Notes: generated by a model from the letters alone, not told the origin. Numbered from the stretch's first letter, positions 27,520 to 36,849 are shown. The stretch: DNA of 64,000 bases from an uncultured Nitrososphaerota archaeon (GCA_963838925.1 CAWISW010000003.1:384001-448000); one strand, 5' to 3'. Program-made: numbers and translations.

Positions 27520-29652
27520 TCACTCGGTCGTCGAATATTGAGCCGTGGCCGTCGACCTGCATTTTGTGCATCTTTCCGTCTTTGCAGGAAGTTTCGAGCC
27601 GCAGTTGCGGCAGAAGGACACCGTCCTCTCGATCCCGAAGAAGTCGAGCTTCGGAGTCGCGTTCAAGGCGAGGTTGTATATCCCGCGGAGGTCTAGCGAC
27701 GACGCGTCCAGGTAGACCGAGAAGCCGCCGGCCGCGGCCTGGCTGACCTTGCTCATGTAGTTCATGGTCTCCGCGTTGTTGAGGTCCTCCCCCGTCAGCC
27801 TCGCCGCCTGGGAGTACCCGCGCTTCTCGAGGCTCTGCAGGTTCGCCCTGCCGTATCTCTCCGAGTCCAGCGAGGCGAGCCTCGCCGCCCCTCCCTCCTC
27901 GATGAGCGCGATCGCGAGCCGCTCGCTCTTCCCCGACTTCTCCGAGGCCGACTGCGACGCGGTCCCCAGTATCTTCGCGGCGAGGTCCGCCCTGGCGGAG
28001 GGCGCGGCCTCCTTGCTCAGGCCGAAGAGCGCTTCGTCGAGCCCTACCAGGTTCATCACCAGCGGCATCGTCGTGGAGCTCACGTTGTCGGAGCCGAAGC
28101 TCAGCGCAGGAAGGAGCCCCTTGTTCATCACCCTCTCGAGGAGGCGCCTGCGGGTGATCAGCGCGTCGGATGCGACGCCCATGAGCATGGAGAGCTTTGC
28201 CCTGAAGTACGTCTCGTCCTGGTTGGACTCGTAGGAGAGCCTCGGGAGGTTGATCCCCAGGTTGTGCAGGACGCTGACGTTGTCGCTCTGGTTGTCGGCG
28301 GGGAGGACGTCCAGGTTGATCCCCAGGGAGCTCCTCTTCTGCCCCGAAGGGAAGAACCCGACCTTGCCTCCGTGGAATATTATGGCGGCCGCCTCCTTCA
28401 GGTACGACGTCTCCTCCGACTTGTGTGGCTTCGCGAGCAGAATCCGGAGCTGCGGCCTCGGGACCTGCTCGACGTAGTCCCTGTAGGCGTCGAGGGTTGC
28501 GCCGAGCGTCTTCTCCATGAGGTCGCGCCCCGCGTCGTCCTTGACGTAGAGGTCCAGGTGCAGGGTGACCGACGGCCGCTGCAAAGGCTGGAGCACCGAC
28601 GAGACCTGGTCGAAGAGCTTGACGAGCGCGTCGGCCACGTCCTTCTTGGTCCGGGACCGCGTGAACTGCGCGAGGTACTGTAGGAAGTTGCTGAAGACTA
28701 TCTCCTGGTTGGCCTCCTTCTTGATGAGGGGCGTGATGTTCGCGATGACGTTGATCGCCTCCTCGAGGTTCGCAGGGCTCTGGAGCATCGGGACCCCCGG
28801 GAGCCTCCCCTTGGGGTTGAACCCCGAGGCGCGGACGGAAAGGAGGTCGAGGAAGATCGTGTCAGGGATGAGCGCCCAGGTGCCGGCCTCCGAGATGTTG
28901 ATGTCCCCGTTGAGGTGAGCGTCGGAGACGTCCCTCGGGAGCTGCTCGAGCAGGAGGTACTCAGAGAAGACCGACTTGCCCGTCTGGTGGAGGAGGGACT
29001 CCGCGTCGCCGTCGTCCGCACCCGCCTTTGTGAGGAGCTGGGTTACGTCGTAGACGGGCAGGCCTAGGCGCGTGAGCTTGTGCCTGTACTCCTCCAGGTT
29101 CTGCTCGACGAGGAGCGCGTTGACCATCTCCCTGATCAGGGGCGCCGTCAGGTACTGGGTCTGGAACTTGTAGAGCCGCGATTCGGTCTCGCTCGTGATC
29201 TTCTGCGCGAGCTCGACGGGCATCCCCGCCTCCTTGACGAGCGACTGGAGTATCTTGTCCGCGTTGAACTCCTCCATCGCCTGGCGGGTCGTCCTGACGT
29301 AGAGCTTGCCGCTCTCGATCAGCGACTGCTCCTCGATCTGTCGGGTGAGGTTGAGCACGAGCCTCCCAAGGTTGGTGACCGTGTACTTCCTCTCCTGCCT
29401 GTTCAGCTGGATCAGCAGCTGGCGGACTAGCTTCCTCAGGTGGTATGCGAACTTTCCCGACTCCTTCTTGGACTTGAAGCCCGCCAGCGACTTGAGCGCG
29501 CTGTAGGTGAGAGGTCCCTTGACGTTGAGGATCTTCAGGATCTCGAGCCTCTGCGGGGAGGCGATGACGCTGTAAATTGTCCTGACTCTGCGAGGAGCGG
29601 CTTGCATCTCTACCACAGTCACCGAGTCGAAACTATATAATGATGACATCAC
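27520..29652 (-). CDS. wHTH + ATP-cone + degenerate NrdD-like protein (probable RNR regulator)
   Basis: ArsR-like N-terminus, ATP-cone (EEFNADKILQSL..EAG...TAPLIRE.V), NrdD-like body (DAHLNGDI, INLPRL); only C-terminal Zn-ribbon Cys; no RxxGY motif. Confidence 0.85.
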   Translation of the reverse strand: MMSSLYSFDSVTVVEMQAAPRRVRTIYSVIASPQRLEILKILNVKGPLTYSALKSLAGFKSKKESGKFAYHLRKLVRQLLIQLNRQERKYTVTNLGRLVLNLTRQIEEQSLIESGKLYVRTTRQAMEEFNADKILQSLVKEAGMPVELAQKITSETESRLYKFQTQYLTAPLIREMVNALLVEQNLEEYRHKLTRLGLPVYDVTQLLTKAGADDGDAESLLHQTGKSVFSEYLLLEQLPRDVSDAHLNGDINISEAGTWALIPDTIFLDLLSVRASGFNPKGRLPGVPMLQSPANLEEAINVIANITPLIKKEANQEIVFSNFLQYLAQFTRSRTKKDVADALVKLFDQVSSVLQPLQRPSVTLHLDLYVKDDAGRDLMEKTLGATLDAYRDYVEQVPRPQLRILLAKPHKSEETSYLKEAAAIIFHGGKVGFFPSGQKRSSLGINLDVLPADNQSDNVSVLHNLGINLPRLSYESNQDETYFRAKLSMLMGVASDALITRRRLLERVMNKGLLPALSFGSDNVSSTTMPLVMNLVGLDEALFGLSKEAAPSARADLAAKILGTASQSASEKSGKSERLAIALIEEGGAARLASLDSERYGRANLQSLEKRGYSQAARLTGEDLNNAETMNYMSKVSQAAAGGFSVYLDASSLDLRGIYNLALNATPKLDFFGIERTVSFCRNCGSKLPAKTERCTKCRSTATAQYSTTE

Positions 29653-29743
29653 TCAGAGTCAAATAAAATCCACCGTTCCTGAGGAGTATTGCAACTAAGA
29701 TTGAAGACTGCGTGAAAGTGTAAATTTCGCGCTGTTCTGCGCT

Positions 29744-29917
29744 CTACGCGCCGAAGTTCTTCCTCAGTTCTCCGAAGGCCCGCAACCTATCGACAAGCTC
29801 CCAGAACTCTTCGTAGCTCGTTCCCCTCCGATAAACCTCTAGCAGTTGCTTGACTAGGTCACTTTCGATTTCTGCGAGTTCTGTCCCCAGCGCTCTTCTT
29901 TCTTCTCGACTTGCCAA
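29744..29917 (-). CDS. Micro-protein C2 (57 aa)
   Basis: TTG start; MASREERRALGTELAEIESDLVKQLLEVYRRGTSYEEFWELVDRLRAFGELRKNFGA. Confidence 0.5.
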   Translation of the reverse strand: MASREERRALGTELAEIESDLVKQLLEVYRRGTSYEEFWELVDRLRAFGELRKNFGA

Positions 29918-29999
29918 TTATCGCTTCTACCGCTTTCTCCGCCAACTTCTTTCTTTCTGACGGGGGCAAATTGGAGATCTTTTCATCTTCGCTCAGCAC
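29859..29999 (-). CDS. Micro-protein C1 (46 aa, basic tail)
   Basis: MLSEDEKISNLPPSERKKLAEKAVEAIIGKSRRKKSAGDRTRRNRK; TTAAATAT box ~30040. Confidence 0.4.
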   Translation of the reverse strand: MLSEDEKISNLPPSERKKLAEKAVEAIIGKSRRKKSAGDRTRRNRK

Positions 30000-30074
30000 C
30001 CAGATTTCCCTCGCTCATGGCCTTCTGATGCACCCAGATATTTAAGCGGCTTGCAAAATCTTGGCAGGGAGAAT

Positions 30075-30100
30075 TGGTGGGGTCGCCCGGATTTGAACCG
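30075..30100 (-). repeat. Duplicated tRNA-Pro 3' end (att-like direct repeat)
   Basis: TGGTGGGGTCGCCCGGATTTGAACCGG identical to the sequence starting at 31542. Confidence 0.9.
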
Positions 30101-30165
30101 GACACGTCGGGCCCTTCCGGGTAACCTATTTACGACAGCGAGCCGACTTTCACTCGGCGTCCAGG

Positions 30166-31530
30166 TTGACTAGTCGCAGCTCTATGGCGTTTGCTGCCGC
30201 TACGATTTGCACACTGGCCTTCTATCTTCTAGTCTCCAGCTATCTCTCTCCGAATTCGGTTACGACGTCCACGAGTTCGACTGAGATCAGCACCACCCCT
30301 TCACCTTACGGCGCTCTGCTCAGGGGGTCGACGATCTACTCGCAGCTAGGCTATCCGTTGGTGAGCTACAACGGCAATTCGCAATACTCCCCAAGCAAAC
30401 CAAATTTCACCCTTTCTTACCGAAGCACTCATCTTGGTTTGGACGACGTGGGCTTTGCAGTAGCGACGCCAGTCATGAGTCTCACTCAAGCAGTTCGACT
30501 CGTTGAATCTCCGGAAGGCCCGAGTAAGGCAAACTACAGCTTGGTGGCAGCGGAATTCGACCCGGGCATAATCGTAAACAACACTGTCTGGCAATCGGCC
30601 ACTTGGCTGCTTTGGTTCGCCCAGGTCTACGACGGGTTCTGGCTCTTCGGACAAGGTAACGATGCAAGCTCATTCCTCTTCAGCGTGAACGCCGCTTCGG
30701 GCACGGTCTCGCAACCTACCAGCTTCCCTACCTACCAACCTTTGCCTGGGAACTATGCGCTAACCGTGACGGGCTCCCAGGCGATGAAAGTTGTGCGGGG
30801 ACTTGGAATCTTTTCAAGTGTCCCGTTTGAGCTGACACAAGGCGGGAACCTCACTAGTATCAGCCCTAGAATCATCAGGTTTGATTCAGGATCGAGTCTT
30901 GACATCCAGCACCCATTGAACTCTGCCCTTGATGGGACCTCGAGGCTATGCTGGATGATCTCGCTGACCTATTCCGCGTCAGCGAGCAGGCAAGGGTGGG
31001 AGGGAGAGTTCGCTGTGGACGCGCAGTCAGGCGAGCTCGACTCCGTATCCGTCGGCCCAATTTTCCCGGAGAGCTTTTTCGCAACGGTCAATTCAAATCT
31101 GGTCCAGTCGTCTGCGCGCAACCTCACAATCTCTCAGGAAACATTCCAAATGAGCGTGAATGCGACTGGACTTCCAAGCTCAATTGCCATCGCAGTTCCT
31201 GGCGTTCTTGTGGTCCGGCCAGGATCGACCGCTTCAATCGAAGTGAACTTCACGTCGAACTCTAACTACATCGCAAACCTTACCCTCTCGAATCCTCTCT
31301 CCGGCCTCCAAGGCCTTTCGGCAAACGGGCTTCCTCAAGGCGTGTCTGCAAGGTTCAGCAACACCACGCTCGCGCTTCAGGGAGGTACAAGCACCACGCG
31401 GACAATCATGCTTACGATTGAAGCGGATGCGCCTGCAGGAACATACCTGATGTACGTTGACAATCTGCCATTCTTCCTGACAGTCTGGAATGGCGCTGGT
31501 CAGTGGCCTCCGCCGCCCTCGGTTGGGTAG
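30166..31530 (+). CDS. Membrane-anchored secreted protein (PepSY-like and Ig-like segments)
   Basis: N-terminal TM, S/T linker, VNA.SG/VDA.SG repeats; bracketed by tRNA-Pro 3' repeats. Confidence 0.75.
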   Translation: MTSRSSMAFAAATICTLAFYLLVSSYLSPNSVTTSTSSTEISTTPSPYGALLRGSTIYSQLGYPLVSYNGNSQYSPSKPNFTLSYRSTHLGLDDVGFAVATPVMSLTQAVRLVESPEGPSKANYSLVAAEFDPGIIVNNTVWQSATWLLWFAQVYDGFWLFGQGNDASSFLFSVNAASGTVSQPTSFPTYQPLPGNYALTVTGSQAMKVVRGLGIFSSVPFELTQGGNLTSISPRIIRFDSGSSLDIQHPLNSALDGTSRLCWMISLTYSASASRQGWEGEFAVDAQSGELDSVSVGPIFPESFFATVNSNLVQSSARNLTISQETFQMSVNATGLPSSIAIAVPGVLVVRPGSTASIEVNFTSNSNYIANLTLSNPLSGLQGLSANGLPQGVSARFSNTTLALQGGTSTTRTIMLTIEADAPAGTYLMYVDNLPFFLTVWNGAGQWPPPPSVG

Positions 31531-31541
31531 GGGGGCAAATT

Positions 31542-31664
31542 TGGTGGGGTCGCCCGGATTTGAACCGGGGGTCTCAAGCGCCCAAGGCGACTTCTCATGC
31601 TGATTTGAAGCCTAGACCAGACTCGCCCTGCAGCTCTGAAAGCTACAGCCTAGCCGACGACCCC
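31542..31664 (-). tRNA. tRNA-Pro(TGG) with two non-canonical introns (~28 nt in D-loop, ~16 nt in anticodon stem)
   Basis: GGGGTCG/CGACCCC acceptor, encoded CCA, CAA[intron]GC-CTTGGGC-GCTTG anticodon arm, CCCGGTTCAAATCCGGG. Confidence 0.9.
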
Positions 31665-32413
31665 TTGTCCAAGGTTCTATTGCGTCTCATATTATACTCT
31701 ATCTCCGCAAATTTGGTGAAGCTGATGACTTCTCTTTTGACGGCCTTCTTGAAGTCTTGCACTTTGGGCTTGATGCGATCCCAACTTAATTCCGCCGATT
31801 CCAAGACGAGTTTCATCTTCGCAATTTTCTCCGGATGTCTTGATATCGGCAACAGCCTTTCTGCGAGCGTTCTCACTTCACTCCTTCGGCGCACCTCAAG
31901 CCTTGCCTTGGCGTCAACATCGATTCTGGAGTTTCCCTGTGCTCCATAGAGCAAGGGGTGGAAACCATCTCGGCCCAGCGCCGCTGCAGATTCTCTTAGG
32001 ATTCTTCTATCCTTTGATTCGATTACAAATGCAACTGCGGCGCTTCCTTTGTCATTGTAGAGGCACCAAGAACCTTCAGAATCGGAGTAGCCTCCGAAGA
32101 ACGGATAGAATAAGGTAGAAGTGATAGGAATCGCCTCCGGCTTCTTCACGAAGAATGCAAAGCTCGGATCAAGATAGACGGAAAGTTTCCAACAATAGCG
32201 TCCGGGCAAGTAGGCCTTGTCGGGAGTCATCTTGCATTGGCCATATTTCCTGAATGTCAAGAAGAAAAGTTCGGCCATCGCCGGATGAGTTGTGCTAAGA
32301 CGTGCCCATACTGTGTAGCGAGAATTCCAACACCCATTCAAGTCTCCGGCCCTTAGTCCGCTGAGATAGGCCCTCTCGCTACAGTCTCCGGCGAATGGAT
32401 TTCGAGAGATCAC
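31643..32413 (-). CDS. Free-standing LAGLIDADG homing endonuclease (two motifs)
   Basis: AYLSGLRAGD and FFGGYSDSEG motifs; stop codon inside the tRNA-Pro D-loop intron. Confidence 0.85.
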   Translation of the reverse strand: MISRNPFAGDCSERAYLSGLRAGDLNGCWNSRYTVWARLSTTHPAMAELFFLTFRKYGQCKMTPDKAYLPGRYCWKLSVYLDPSFAFFVKKPEAIPITSTLFYPFFGGYSDSEGSWCLYNDKGSAAVAFVIESKDRRILRESAAALGRDGFHPLLYGAQGNSRIDVDAKARLEVRRRSEVRTLAERLLPISRHPEKIAKMKLVLESAELSWDRIKPKVQDFKKAVKREVISFTKFAEIEYNMRRNRTLDKGSSARL

Positions 32414-32438
32414 ACCCCCTAATCATGATGATGCATTA

Positions 32439-32485
32439 AAGCGCCCAGTCTGCTTGAAGCCTAGACCAGCCTAGCCGACGACCCC
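32439..32485 (-). pseudogene. Orphan intron-less 5' half of tRNA-Pro
   Basis: GGGGTCGTCGGCTAGGCTGGTCTAGGCTTCAAGC-AGAC-TGGGCGCTT equals the spliced 5' part of the tRNA at 31664 with an altered loop. Confidence 0.85.
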
Positions 32486-32515
32486 TACGACCACCCTCTC
32501 CACCCCAATCGTTAG

Positions 32516-33136
32516 TTATGCATTCCTCTTGGACACGAACGGATTCCCCTGGACGAAGAACCGCCACTGCCGCTCCCGTGCCCTGCTGATGCCAATCCTT
32601 TCCGAGACCTCGGCCTTTACGGGCTCTTCGCTGCCCAGGACGTAGAGCCTCTTCGACGTCACCACGTCCTCGCCGTTGAACTCCTTGCCGATTGCCAGCG
32701 CCTTCGTCAGCTTCCCGGGCCCGTTCGTGAGCCTCGAGAGCTCTTCGACGCCGCGGTTCCTCTTCATCTGGGCCGTCCCCTCCACGGGCTCCAGGGCCCT
32801 GACCAGGACCGCGCCCGGCTGCCCCTCCCCTTCAGTTGTGAAGTTCAGGCACCAGTGATTTCCATAGGAGAGAAAGACATAGACCCTTCCCGCTTCCCCG
32901 AACATGAGCGAGTTCCTCTTCGTGACCCCGCGGAAAGAGTGGCTGGCCGGGTCGTCGCTTCCACGGTAGGCCTCGACCTCCACTATCTTCCCAGAGATGA
33001 CATTCTTCCCGGCTTTCCTCACGAGGAGGCACCCGAGAAGGTCTCGCGCGACGTCGGGGGTGTATCGGGAGAAGAACGAGCGGCCCAGGCGATTCACGGA
33101 CACTCCGGAGCAAGACCGGTTTATCAGGCATGCCAA
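32516..33136 (-). CDS. mpg: 3-methyladenine DNA glycosylase (MPG family)
   Basis: IVEVEAY...DPASH, YG.HWCLN, AVLVRALEP, NGPGKLT. Confidence 0.93.
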   Translation of the reverse strand: MACLINRSCSGVSVNRLGRSFFSRYTPDVARDLLGCLLVRKAGKNVISGKIVEVEAYRGSDDPASHSFRGVTKRNSLMFGEAGRVYVFLSYGNHWCLNFTTEGEGQPGAVLVRALEPVEGTAQMKRNRGVEELSRLTNGPGKLTKALAIGKEFNGEDVVTSKRLYVLGSEEPVKAEVSERIGISRARERQWRFFVQGNPFVSKRNA

Positions 33137-33169
33137 AAGCTTAGGAACAGATTCTGCGGCTACGCAGAG

Positions 33170-33682
33170 CTACTCGCGGAGCGGGTGGACTCCCCACACA
33201 AAGCGCATCGAGACTGCATAGGTGACGGGATAGGTGACGACCGCCCCGACGACGCTGCCGAAGACGGGCGAAAGCGAGACGGTCGCCAGAAGGGCGAGCT
33301 GAACCGCGACGATCAGGACGTTTCCGAGGAGAGAGGCGAGCTGGTACTTGCCCCACCTTACGACCCATGCGGTCGGGCCCCTCTTGTCCACCTCGGGCTT
33401 TCCCTTGACGGTGACGCGCTCGTTGATGACGAACGCCGCGGTCGCTCCGACGCCAAAGGCCAGCGCGTCCAGTCCGAGGAGGGCGGGCGACGAGAAGGCG
33501 ACGCTGGGCACCGTGGTGGAGTTGTAGAAGTAGACGACGCCGAGAACGAGGATCGCCTCCGCGATCAGAAAGCCGACGCCGGTGGCCACCGCGAACTTGG
33601 CAATCCGAAGGATCCCAAATCGGCTTCTTGGCTGAGCGGGAGAGCTCTGTCGCAATGGAAGGGTGGCTGAAACTCGGCCCAT
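33170..33682 (-). CDS. GtrA-family membrane protein
   Basis: KFAV...F.INER.T...Y..SMRFVW; 4 TM. Confidence 0.75.
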   Translation of the reverse strand: MGRVSATLPLRQSSPAQPRSRFGILRIAKFAVATGVGFLIAEAILVLGVVYFYNSTTVPSVAFSSPALLGLDALAFGVGATAAFVINERVTVKGKPEVDKRGPTAWVVRWGKYQLASLLGNVLIVAVQLALLATVSLSPVFGSVVGAVVTYPVTYAVSMRFVWGVHPLRE

Positions 33683-33724
33683 TAAGCTATTGGTGGGGCG
33701 TTGTGACGTGGCACGGGAAGCGGA

Positions 33725-34429
33725 TCAACGCTCTGTTATCATGTAGCCTTGAAACTGATAGCTCGTGAAGTTCCACGTCTCGCTTTGGATGGACCAGCCC
33801 TGACTCCCCGACGAGCCAGCGTGGTAGACCCACAGTTGCTCCAGATTCACCGTCACGATGAACGGATTGTAGTATCCCTCCTCTCCCGGAAAGGCGAGCC
33901 CGAAGGTGGCGTCGGCGGCGTTCGGTCCTGTCGCCACGACTCTTGCCGTTTCGAGATTTGTGATCGGCCTCACGCTCCAGGCCGCGGCGGACGCCTTGGA
34001 GCTCTGGAAGAGCTGCAGGTAGGCTATGCCGATGTCTGGCTTGCCAATGTAGTTCCCCGCGAGAGAGGAAACTGCCCCGTCGTAAGTCAGGGCAATCGGG
34101 TTTCCAGTCCACGACGACACAGGCGAATCTGCGTAGAGGCCCAGCAAGCCGGACGCGTTCTCCTTCCCCAGGTACGCTACGAACCTCTCGACCTGCGCCC
34201 TCACCGCCGTCTCGTTGGAGGCGGAAAGTGCCGAGTTCGCCTGCGTCGGGCTCGTCGGCGAGGCCGAAGCGGCGGCGGTGGTAGACGTGCCAGAGGTCGA
34301 AGTTGAGCTGGTGGGGACCGAGACTCCGCCCCGTGGAGAATAGCTGACGATTAGGAGCATTGCAAGGATCCCGGCGGCGGCCAGAGCGGTGCCCGAATCA
34401 ATGCCGCCGAATGCCAAGCTCCTGACCAA
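33725..34429 (-). CDS. Secreted SnoaL/NTF2-like protein
   Basis: TM plus S/T linker; GW.I..E.W.F motif shared with 62759-63373. Confidence 0.65.
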   Translation of the reverse strand: MVRSLAFGGIDSGTALAAAGILAMLLIVSYSPRGGVSVPTSSTSTSGTSTTAAASASPTSPTQANSALSASNETAVRAQVERFVAYLGKENASGLLGLYADSPVSSWTGNPIALTYDGAVSSLAGNYIGKPDIGIAYLQLFQSSKASAAAWSVRPITNLETARVVATGPNAADATFGLAFPGEEGYYNPFIVTVNLEQLWVYHAGSSGSQGWSIQSETWNFTSYQFQGYMITER

Positions 34430-34574
34430 GCTACTCCCAGAAGATGAGGCCTCCGGAGATATTTACGCCGTATGGAAGATTCTCCCTACTGCAGCCCCCG
34501 CGCACCGTCGGCCTCCAGACTGAGGGGAGCGCGAGGGCGCCGCCTTCGCACATCGGATGCAAGCAGGTAGAAGA

Positions 34575-34714
34575 TGGTGGGGACGGCCGGACTTGAACCG
34601 ACGGATCACAGGTATCGCCGCTCCGATGGGAAATCATCCACGCAAGCGTGTCATCAAACCTTTTGTCGTTTGACCACTGGAGCCTGTTGCCATGCCTGTC
34701 TAGGCTACGTCCCC
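34575..34714 (-). tRNA. tRNA-Trp(CCA) with a 63-nt canonical 37/38 intron (34614-34676)
   Basis: GGGGACG/CGTCCCC, ACAGG-CTCCAG|A-CCTGT, GTCGGTTCAAGTCCGGC, encoded CCA; intron contains TGATGA. Confidence 0.92.
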
Positions 34715-34779
34715 CCATCGAGACGGCCGAGACACAACGGGGATTAAAGCACAGCGCAAGAGCCGTTCTGGTCGGGGGG

Positions 34780-34932
34780 TCAGACCAGCCTGGAGCCGCA
34801 CTGCGGGCACGCCCCACCGAACTTGGCCTTGCACCCGGGGCAGAAGTGTAGCCCGCAGCCCGTGCACGTGGAGAAGCCGATCCCCAGCTTGTGGCACCCG
34901 GCGCACCCCGCCGGGACGTTGACCATCCCCAT
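34780..34932 (-). CDS. 50-aa protein with four CxxC motifs
   Basis: MGMVNVPAGCAGCHKLGIGFSTCTGCGLHFCPGCKAKFGGACPQCGSRLV; below ORF-track cutoff. Confidence 0.7.
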   Translation of the reverse strand: MGMVNVPAGCAGCHKLGIGFSTCTGCGLHFCPGCKAKFGGACPQCGSRLV

Positions 34933-34994
34933 GAGCGAGTGGTAGGCGAGCCCGGCTTGAAAACGCTTCCAGCGCCTCGCCGCGCCGCCGGCCG

Positions 34995-36176
34995 TTAGAA
35001 CGTGACGGACGCAGTCGTGGTCGTGGACGAGACTGAGCCCGTGGGCGGCGAGAGGAACGAGGGCGCAAGGGAGGGCGAGATTACGACTATGGCGTTCGTC
35101 GCCTCCGCGGCCACATACATGTTCCCGTTGGCAGGGTCGAACGCGAGCCCGGCGGGCGCCGAGTTGCCCCCCGTGGAGACGGTGGTGAGCGGCTCGTTGC
35201 TGGTCGCGTTGATCACGTCGGCCCCGCTCTTGTAGTCGTTGCTGACCATCACATCGCCGTTCGCCGTGTCCACCGCGACAAGGAAGGGCACCGTCCGCAC
35301 CGCCGCGCTCACGTTGATCGTCGCGACAACGGTGTTTGTGGCCCCGGATATCACGGAGACCGTCCCGTCGTCGTAGTTCGTGACGTAGAGGTTGCCGTTC
35401 GCAGCGTCGAACGTGATGCCCTCAGGGACTATCCCGACCCTGATCTGCTGTGTCAGGGTGTTGTTCGCGGGGTTGATTACCAGGACGCTCGATCCCCCGC
35501 TGGTGACGTAGACGTTTCCGTTCGAAGAGTCGTACGCCACTCCGGTGGGCTGGAAGATCGCGTTGATCTCGCGCAGGTGGGTGTCGCTCGTCGCGTTGAT
35601 CACGGAGATCGTGTTGCCCCCCACGCCGTTGCCGTGCTCGGCGACGTACATGCAGTTGTTGACGGGGTCGAAAGCGATGCCGTCGGGGTGTATCCCGCCC
35701 AAAGTTATCGTGTTGATGACGATGTTGAAGTGGCCGTCGATGACCGAGACCGTATCAGAATCGTTGTTGGTGACAAACAGGTAGCCGTTCGCCGGGTCCA
35801 GGGCAACCTGCGCGGGGGCCTGGCCCACCGGCACCGACTTGACCAGCGTCCCGTTGGCCAGGTTGATGACGGAGACCGTGTTCGTCGAGTTGTTCGTGAC
35901 GTAGAGGTATCCGTTCAACGAGTCGTAGGTCACTCCTAGCGGGTGGGAGAGGGCAAACCCCACAGGTACCGCCGTCGTGGTAGTGGTGGTCGTCGCGCTC
36001 GTGCTGGAGCGGCTCGTCGTGGTGGACGTGCTCGAGGTCGTGGACTTGGTCGACGTCGTCGAGCTCTGCTTGGAGCTCGAGAGCAACACCGCGAATACGC
36101 CAGCGATGACAATGACGACTACAATCACTACGACGCCAAGTGTGGCCGTGCGCGATAGCCCGCTCCGGCGTTTCAA
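34995..36176 (-). CDS. Membrane-anchored YVTN/YncE beta-propeller protein
   Basis: Repeated P.GI.FDP.NG.LYVTN...TVSVI units after TM and Thr linker. Confidence 0.88.
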   Translation of the reverse strand: MKRRSGLSRTATLGVVVIVVVIVIAGVFAVLLSSSKQSSTTSTKSTTSSTSTTTSRSSTSATTTTTTTAVPVGFALSHPLGVTYDSLNGYLYVTNNSTNTVSVINLANGTLVKSVPVGQAPAQVALDPANGYLFVTNNDSDTVSVIDGHFNIVINTITLGGIHPDGIAFDPVNNCMYVAEHGNGVGGNTISVINATSDTHLREINAIFQPTGVAYDSSNGNVYVTSGGSSVLVINPANNTLTQQIRVGIVPEGITFDAANGNLYVTNYDDGTVSVISGATNTVVATINVSAAVRTVPFLVAVDTANGDVMVSNDYKSGADVINATSNEPLTTVSTGGNSAPAGLAFDPANGNMYVAAEATNAIVVISPSLAPSFLSPPTGSVSSTTTTASVTF

Positions 36177-36231
36177 CGTGTCCCAATCTCCGGTTTCGGG
36201 TATAAAAGATGTTTTCCGAGACCGCGTCGGC

Positions 36232-36801
36232 TCAGTGCGCTTCCGCGGAGAGCATGTCGATCTTCGTGACGATGCCCTCCACCTTGTCGCCCGTCGCGAC
36301 GAGGACTGCGGGCACGAACTTGAAGAGTGAGAAGAGGGCCTCGATGGGGGTGTCCAAGCTCACGATGGGAAAGGTGGGCTGCATGATGCTCGAGACGGGC
36401 TTCGAGAGGAGGGCGCGAGGATCCTCTGTCCCGCTCAGGAGCGTCACGATCTGGTTCTCCGTGAGCGAGCCCGCCAGCTTGCTCCCGGAGTAGACGGGAA
36501 TCTGCGAGATGTTGTTCTTACGCATCAGGTCGATGCTCTCAGAGATCGAGACAGTCACCTGCACGGAGGCCACCGGTGACGACATCACGTCCGACGCCTT
36601 CTTGCCCTCCATGCGGATGTGGGACCTGAGCGCCTCGGAGATGGACTTCATCGTGCTGAACGACGGGTCGACGAGCCCGGACTCGAGCTTGGCTATCAGC
36701 GACTGGCTGACTCCCGCCGCCTTGGCGAGCTCCGACTGCGTTATCCCGAGCTGGACTCTTATCTTCTTGAGCTGCTTGGGGTCAATTGTGGAGACGGACA
36801 C
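36232..36801 (-). CDS. XRE-HTH plus CBS-domain transcriptional regulator
   Basis: GITQSELAKAAGVSQSLIAKLESG; two CBS domains. Confidence 0.9.
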   Translation of the reverse strand: MSVSTIDPKQLKKIRVQLGITQSELAKAAGVSQSLIAKLESGLVDPSFSTMKSISEALRSHIRMEGKKASDVMSSPVASVQVTVSISESIDLMRKNNISQIPVYSGSKLAGSLTENQIVTLLSGTEDPRALLSKPVSSIMQPTFPIVSLDTPIEALFSLFKFVPAVLVATGDKVEGIVTKIDMLSAEAH

Positions 36802-36849
36802 GAAGGACCCACGTTTGATATTCGTATATGAATTTTTGGGAGGCGCAGT

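Noticed and set aside
27520-29652. Functional anaerobic ribonucleotide reductase NrdD
   Set aside because: It lacks active-site cysteines and the glycyl-radical motif.
31542-32485. LAGLIDADG ORF as a giant BHB intron within tRNA-Pro
   Set aside because: A complete tRNA with its own 5' end and TATA box follows the ORF, and no convincing BHB joins the distal 5' half to the 3' exon. Not fully excluded.
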